Shown: positions 37,317 to 42,029 of the stretch, in pieces
How the letters are laid out: every line of letters starts with the position of its first letter
How positions within the stretch are numbered: the stretch's first letter is position 1
Origin: Catajapyx aquilonaris
Taxonomy: Eukaryota
Reading direction: 5' to 3'
DNA: 42,029 nt
NCBI GenBank assembly: GCA_000934665.2
Contig: JYFJ02003415.1
Coordinates: forward strand, 1-42,029
Translations under genes and position numbers: made by a program
The notes under the pieces: model-generated
The model's database searches: none
What the model saw: only the letters and a program-made list of their open reading frames with translations
Told to the model about the DNA's origin: nothing

Positions 37317-37972
37317 GAGCCTTTTATAACGCTACGTCATCACAACAAAGGCGGCCGCCATGTTGGTTGGGTAAAACCCCTATCCCACCCGTGTTGTTGG
37401 CATGGTTTTTGAGGTCTGCCGGGGTTTATGAGCTCTGCTGTGGCCCGTGGTTGGCCCGTGGCCTACCTACGGGGCTCCCCGACATGGCCCGCTCTTTGGA
37501 ACCACTGCCGCACTACGCGAAAAGGCTTACTACGGGAGAAACAAAGAGGCGAGGCGATACGATACTCGATACGATACTCTCGTGGGTAAATGATCGCTCC
37601 TGCTCGTGTTGTTGGCAGTGTTTGTGCCGGTGTGTGAGGTTCGCCGTGGTTAATTAGTCACACTGCAACTTCCAGCAGGGAAATAAACACGGGAAATGGT
37701 TACTTTGTGCAAAGTGTGAGCTCCGCAAATCAGTCGATGTTTGGTGGGTTACCAACTTTTCTCGACCTTCTCCACTCTCCTGACGGCGGCCAACAATCTG
37801 GCCCTCCCCTCCGCATCAATTTGGAACCGAAAAAAAGGCCGGCGTGGCTTACTTACTCGATATATTGTTGCAGAAATAACCCGCTCAGCATGCCGCCATT
37901 GCTGGTTCTGCACAACCAACATGGCCGCCGCGAAAAAAAAAGGTGAACAAATACGTCACGGCTAAAAGGTCC
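37317..37972. mobile_element. Nested AT-flanked MITE
   Basis: AT-gagcctttta...acgt...gccatgttggttg versus caaccaacatggc...acgt...taaaaggtcc-AT. Confidence 0.65.
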
Positions 37973-38625
37973 ATTGGAACTGGAACGCGGACTCCCATTG
38001 ATAGATGGCGCAAAAACTGTGTCCTGCTCTAATCCGCTGTGATCACCTCTCCAGGAGAGGGCAGTCGCAATCAAGATGGCGGCCTACTCGCGGCTCAACG
38101 CTAAATTCTCTTGTAATTCAAAAGAGCGCAATAAGAGGACTTTTGTCCGCACGATTGTGGCTAAACCGTTACAGTTATCAAAATATTGATCGAGTCCTTT
38201 TTGACGCGGAATTTAATTCTCCTTATGTTTCATTCGATATAAAATTTCATAAAATGAACGGTTAAAAAGATGAAACAGAAAAACCGGGTTTTTTCGCCGC
38301 CATTTGCCAAGATGGCGGCCGTAATATGTGAGGATAAAAATGGCGACAAGTTGAATTTTTAACTTCTGACCATGCTTAACAACTCCCCACAACCATATCA
38401 AAATTAACACTAAATCTGAACGAAAACACAATTCCGCCCCGACTCCCAGGGCCACGCGAAGCCCTTTCCGCCAGGGAGCTTCTTGATCACATCTCCAGGA
38501 GGAACCAGGCGATCTCAGGACACATTTTTCGGCCGCCAGTCCGTGTTCCAGTTCCAATATACAGTTCACTGGTTGCTAACAACAGCGAAGCATTTTACGC
38601 ACTGTCATATAAGTAAGGTCTGGTC

Positions 38626-38995
38626 CAGCCCACGGACACTTATACTACGTTCTGGCGTTATCACCTGCCGAGGCATTTTGCATCGGGCGCTCACCTGAGA
38701 GCGCCATGAGACATTTCGAGGTCACGATAAGTGGCGACCCTACCGGACTATAGGCTGAACTTTATAGATACGAAGGGGAGGGCTACATTGGGGGGCCCAA
38801 CATGGCCGCCGGCGGCCATGTTGGGCCAGTATGTAGCCCTCCCCTTTCGTACCTATAAAGTTCAGCCTATAGTCCGGTAGGGTCGCCACTTATCGTGGCC
38901 TCCGATATGACTCCTGGCGCTCTCCGGCGAGCACCCGCTGCAAAATGCCTCGGCAGCTGATAACGCCAGAATGTAGTATAAGTGTCCGTGGGCTG
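38626..38995. mobile_element. 370-bp spacerless palindrome (foldback MITE)
   Basis: cagcccacggacacttatactac ... gtagtataagtgtccgtgggctg, centred exactly at catggccgcc|ggcggccatg (38810/38811); no convincing TSD. Confidence 0.85.
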
Positions 38996-39223
38996 ATTTT
39001 ACGACAATGACGGGGCGCGTTCTATAACACCATTTTTGCGTTCATTTCACTTCGCGTGACGTCAACATTTTCTAGGGAAACAGTGACGTCACCATTTCCC
39101 TACATAAAAACCCCAATTACTCCGGAACGGGAACTGATATCTTAAAACGGAATATGCCAAAAAAATCCAAAAAATATGGGCGAATTTATTATGTAGTTTC
39201 CAAAATGAAGGCTAGTTCCCCAT

Positions 39224-39593
39224 TATTTGTTTTTTTTATATTTTTGTTATTTTTTTACGTTACCCCGTGCTAGGGCCATAGGCACTTATAGGGGGGTGGA
39301 ATACCACCATTTTTTCTTCAATTTTTCTGCTTTTTCTTCTAACTCCGGTGCAAGGATGAAAGGACATGGGGTAAGGATAGGGATTTTTGGGGAGGGAACA
39401 TGGGTGCAAGGTGCAATGTCTGATAATGGGTCATGTGCTGTCCCCCAGGAGGTTAGGTTGCCAGACACCTCCTTGGTGCAGGTCAGCGACCCTCCTGACG
39501 CAGGTGAAAGGAAAGTTTCCCAGGCGGGGATCGAACCTGGGGCCTTTCACTCAGCTAGCCGTGACGTTACCATCACGGCCACCACACCTCCCC
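39224..39593 (-). mobile_element. SINE family B inserted in SINE A
   Basis: A box tggccgtgatgg, B box ggttcgatcc, A-rich tail; 13-bp TSD GCGACCCTGGAAT at 36863-36875 and 39594-39606. Confidence 0.9.
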
Positions 39594-39791
39594 GCGACCC
39601 TGGAATTATCCTAGAAAGACAGTGGAAAACCACAGAAAACCACGGTCAGGGTTGCCGGCCCCGGGATTCGAACCTAGGACTGGATTAGCAGTCGGACGCC
39701 CTATCCACTATGCCAACCTGCTTCGGATGACATACTGTATAACCTATGCAAATCCTCCCATACACTTTAAATCATCTCTAGATTGCTTATA

Positions 39792-40394
39792 CGAGGGGTG
39801 TAGTATCATATTGATTTACTTTTTTTTTTGCCACAAATACAGGGCCCTTACAGGTTGGCAGATAGGCACACATTATTAATAGAATCATCCTACAGCCGAA
39901 TTCACTGGTGCAACAGGTGTGGAAGCCTCTCCAGGCCTTTCAGGAACCATGTTTTGGTGGTGCGGCACACCCACTCCTGGACAACTGCTCCCAGTGCAAC
40001 AATGCCCTTGATATGGCATCGGCGAAGGGTTTTTTTCTGTTTTGGGACATGAATGGCATCATCCTTGGCTGGAATCGGGCACTACCATCAACTCCCCTGC
40101 ATATGTGGCTACCCTTTGTAGCTTGCCCCCACACCATGCAGAAAAAGTGACCAGGAAAATGGGCAAAGATATGCTGTTGCAGCATGACAATGCGCTGCCT
40201 CATATGACCTGGGAAACGATGGCCGCCACTGCCGAGTTTGGGTTCCAAGGGCTTCAAGACTCTCTGTACTCCCCTGATCTGGCCCCTAGAGACTTTCACC
40301 TGTTTGAAGCCTTGAAAAACACCTTTGCTGTTGCCATTTCAAGGACATTGTTGAACTGTGGGCAGTTGTCTGGGAGTGGGTGTGTCGCACTTCA
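39792..40394. mobile_element. Mariner remnant with inverted 3' duplication, right side truncated
   Basis: TA-cgaggggtg start; LLQHDNALPH...YSPDLAPRDFHLFEALKN on +; about 39960-40035 is the diverged reverse complement of about 40315-40392. Confidence 0.85.
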
Positions 40395-40723
40395 GGGAGG
40401 CGGAGTGATGCTGCCATAACGTATGCGCCCACAGATGTTAAGGTCCGGGTTCGATCCCAGCCCAGGATTCCCCCCTTCATCTCGTGCAGAGTTGGGCCAT
40501 CTCTGGCGTCGTCTCGGGTGGTAATTTCCGCTAGACTAATCCACCCGGGGGAGTTCACAAAATGACCAATATGCGACATTGCACTTGCACTTTGCACATC
40601 CCCTCCTACTTACCCTTGGAACAATTAACATATATACATTATATGGTTCCAAAAATAGTGATATTCCACTCCCCTAAAAAGGGCCCAAGGCCTGAGAATG
40701 GGGTACTGTAAAAAAAAAAAAAA
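40395..40723 (+). mobile_element. SINE family C with poly(A) tail
   Basis: Head and body match 28960-29165 (minus strand); B box ggttcgatcc; A-run at about 40710-40723. Confidence 0.85.
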
Positions 40724-40725
40724 AT

Positions 40726-41745
40726 ACAGTAAAACTTCCATAAGTCGAATCTCCATGGGACCAGGAAAAAACTTCGAGTTATAGAAGATTCGAGTTAAAG
40801 AAGTTTGGAATTTTTTAAGCACATAACTCTGTAAGGAAGCCTACCTTTATATCCAGCGACGGAAGGTGTTCAAACCTTTAAAATTACTATCATTATCACA
40901 CTTACAATGTTTCTCATTGTTTTGTTGTAAAAAAATCTCAGTTATGGACATTTGGCTATTCTTAGATTCAAGGATTCAATTTTCACAATCGATTCAAACA
41001 CTTCTTTGGTTACATCTGGTGTAGATGGAGAACAGGAAATTGAGCCTTTCTGTACATGTGGCCTCGTTAGCTCGTAAACACCCTGTAGATACCATAAGTG
41101 GGGGTGACTTTGTGACATGCAGGGTGACTTTGTGACAAATCAGTGTTTCGAATCTCGCGCCACTATTATTTGACTTTTTTTACTGCAACCAGCGCCAGTA
41201 GATGGCTACATGTGTTGTGCTACCTAGTAGCCAACTTGGAAAGCTCCTACACCTCGAGCATCATTGGCAGTCACATTCCAAGTTTGCAAACTGCAAGTAT
41301 TGTTGGCACTTCTTCCGACTACTTTCCCTAATAGCTACCGGCATAGTTGCAAAGAGAGTAAAACATGTACATTATTTTGAAGGCAAATTCATTGGCTAAG
41401 AAATGATATAACTTGATGAACTTGTTTTGTATAAGATACGAGGTGTTAAATGAATTATGTACTTTTGCGGGGTGACTTTGGGACAGCATCAACTTGTCAC
41501 AAAGTCAGTCCAAGGATATTATTTACTGTTTTGACCGATGTCCCGGTTCTTTAGGGTACTGTACCACTCGAAATTATACACATCCAAATAAAAATGCCAA
41601 AAAATCAGCTGCTGAGGACTGTACGAAGTTAAGGACCTGAACGGAAAGACCCAAAAAATGACCAAATGTTTTTCATAATACAGAACTTTGAATCCTGATA
41701 ACTAGAACCACCATGGGACCGAGAAAAAAATTCGACTTATTGAAT
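40726..41745. mobile_element. Tigger/pogo-type MITE, interrupted internally and at its right end
   Basis: TA-cagtaaaacttccataagtcgaa start; ccatgggacc..gaaaaaa.ttcga.ttat recurs at about 41711-41740; the right TIR is not in view. Confidence 0.6.
41092..41556. mobile_element. TA-flanked pogo-like MITE with GGGTGACTTTGTGACA repeats
   Basis: The motif occurs twice at the left end and again at about 41470, with an inverted copy tgtcacaaagtca at about 41495. The right terminus is degenerate. Confidence 0.55.
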
Positions 41746-41746
41746 A

Positions 41747-42029
41747 CTAGCAGGATACCCGGCATTGCTCGGGTTATGAAATACTTTTCCATGTAGGTGT
41801 AAGTCATTGATTTGGTAGTAACCTTTGAAATAATTATGGCTATACAATGTTGGCATACCTGTTACATGGAGCATATTGCATGTGCATGAAGTCCAAACAC
41901 CAAACTGCGGATGTCAGATTGTAAGAGAGAGAACACAATACGCCTTAAAAATCCAGCAAAAGTATGTCATGAAAAATTGAAGGTTGTGGAGTAAATGTAG
42001 AATAGCATTGAAAGACCGGCACCTCTCTT
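41747..42029 (-). mobile_element. Probable Helitron 3' end, continuing off the window
   Basis: On the minus strand a short GC hairpin (acccgagcaatgccgggt) is followed 6 nt later by CTAG|T, the canonical Helitron terminus. Confidence 0.6.

Larger units (their letters stand above)
36876..39221. mobile_element. 2.3-kb non-autonomous DNA transposon with 14-bp TIRs and AT duplication (ISL2EU-like, tentative)
   Basis: AT-GGGGAACTAGCCTT ... AAGGCTAGTTCCCC-AT; perfect TIRs; CpG-rich; no transposase recognised. Confidence 0.78.
36771..39724 (-). mobile_element. SINE family A, split (3' part 36771-36875, 5' part 39594-39724)
   Basis: Both parts match the 28555 copy; flanked by GGATGGCATACT (36759-36770) and GGATGACATACT (39725-39736). 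Confidence 0.88.
36675..39790 (+). mobile_element. MER2-like MITE, 5' half, split by a 3-kb nest (pieces 36675-36770 and 39737-39790)
   Basis: ggttctaggacctcctgtggatgccaaaatctgtgaatgctaaagtctcagatataaaatgg continues as tataacctatgcaaatcctcccatacactttaaatcatctctagattgcttata; reverse-complement homologous to 26470-26665. Confidence 0.78.

Overview
Eukaryotic (arthropod, most likely insect) genomic DNA, not prokaryotic; no CRISPR array, rRNA or true tRNA was seen. Three spliced genes lie in tandem on the + strand. (1) The last six coding exons of a tweety/TTYH gene (2057-11546), followed by about 9 kb of CpG-poor sequence with no recognisable TE, probably a very long 3'UTR. (2) A complete six-exon, 677-aa coiled-coil gene (21651-29601) whose N-terminus resembles LEKR1. 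(3) The promoter and first two exons of TMEM161 (33691-36015). Introns and intergenic DNA are full of non-autonomous transposons identified by TIR/TSD structure: Harbinger-like, mariner-derived, Tigger/MER2-like, hAT, piggyBac-like, Merlin-like, AT-TSD elements, a Helitron end and three tRNA-derived SINE families. Most notable are a five-level nested insertion series in TMEM161 intron 2, SINEs that swap heads and tails but share a 3' stem-loop, two elements resembling mammalian MER2, and mariner remnants rebuilt as 3'-3' palindromes. All gene models and family assignments were made by eye from recalled motifs, with no database search.
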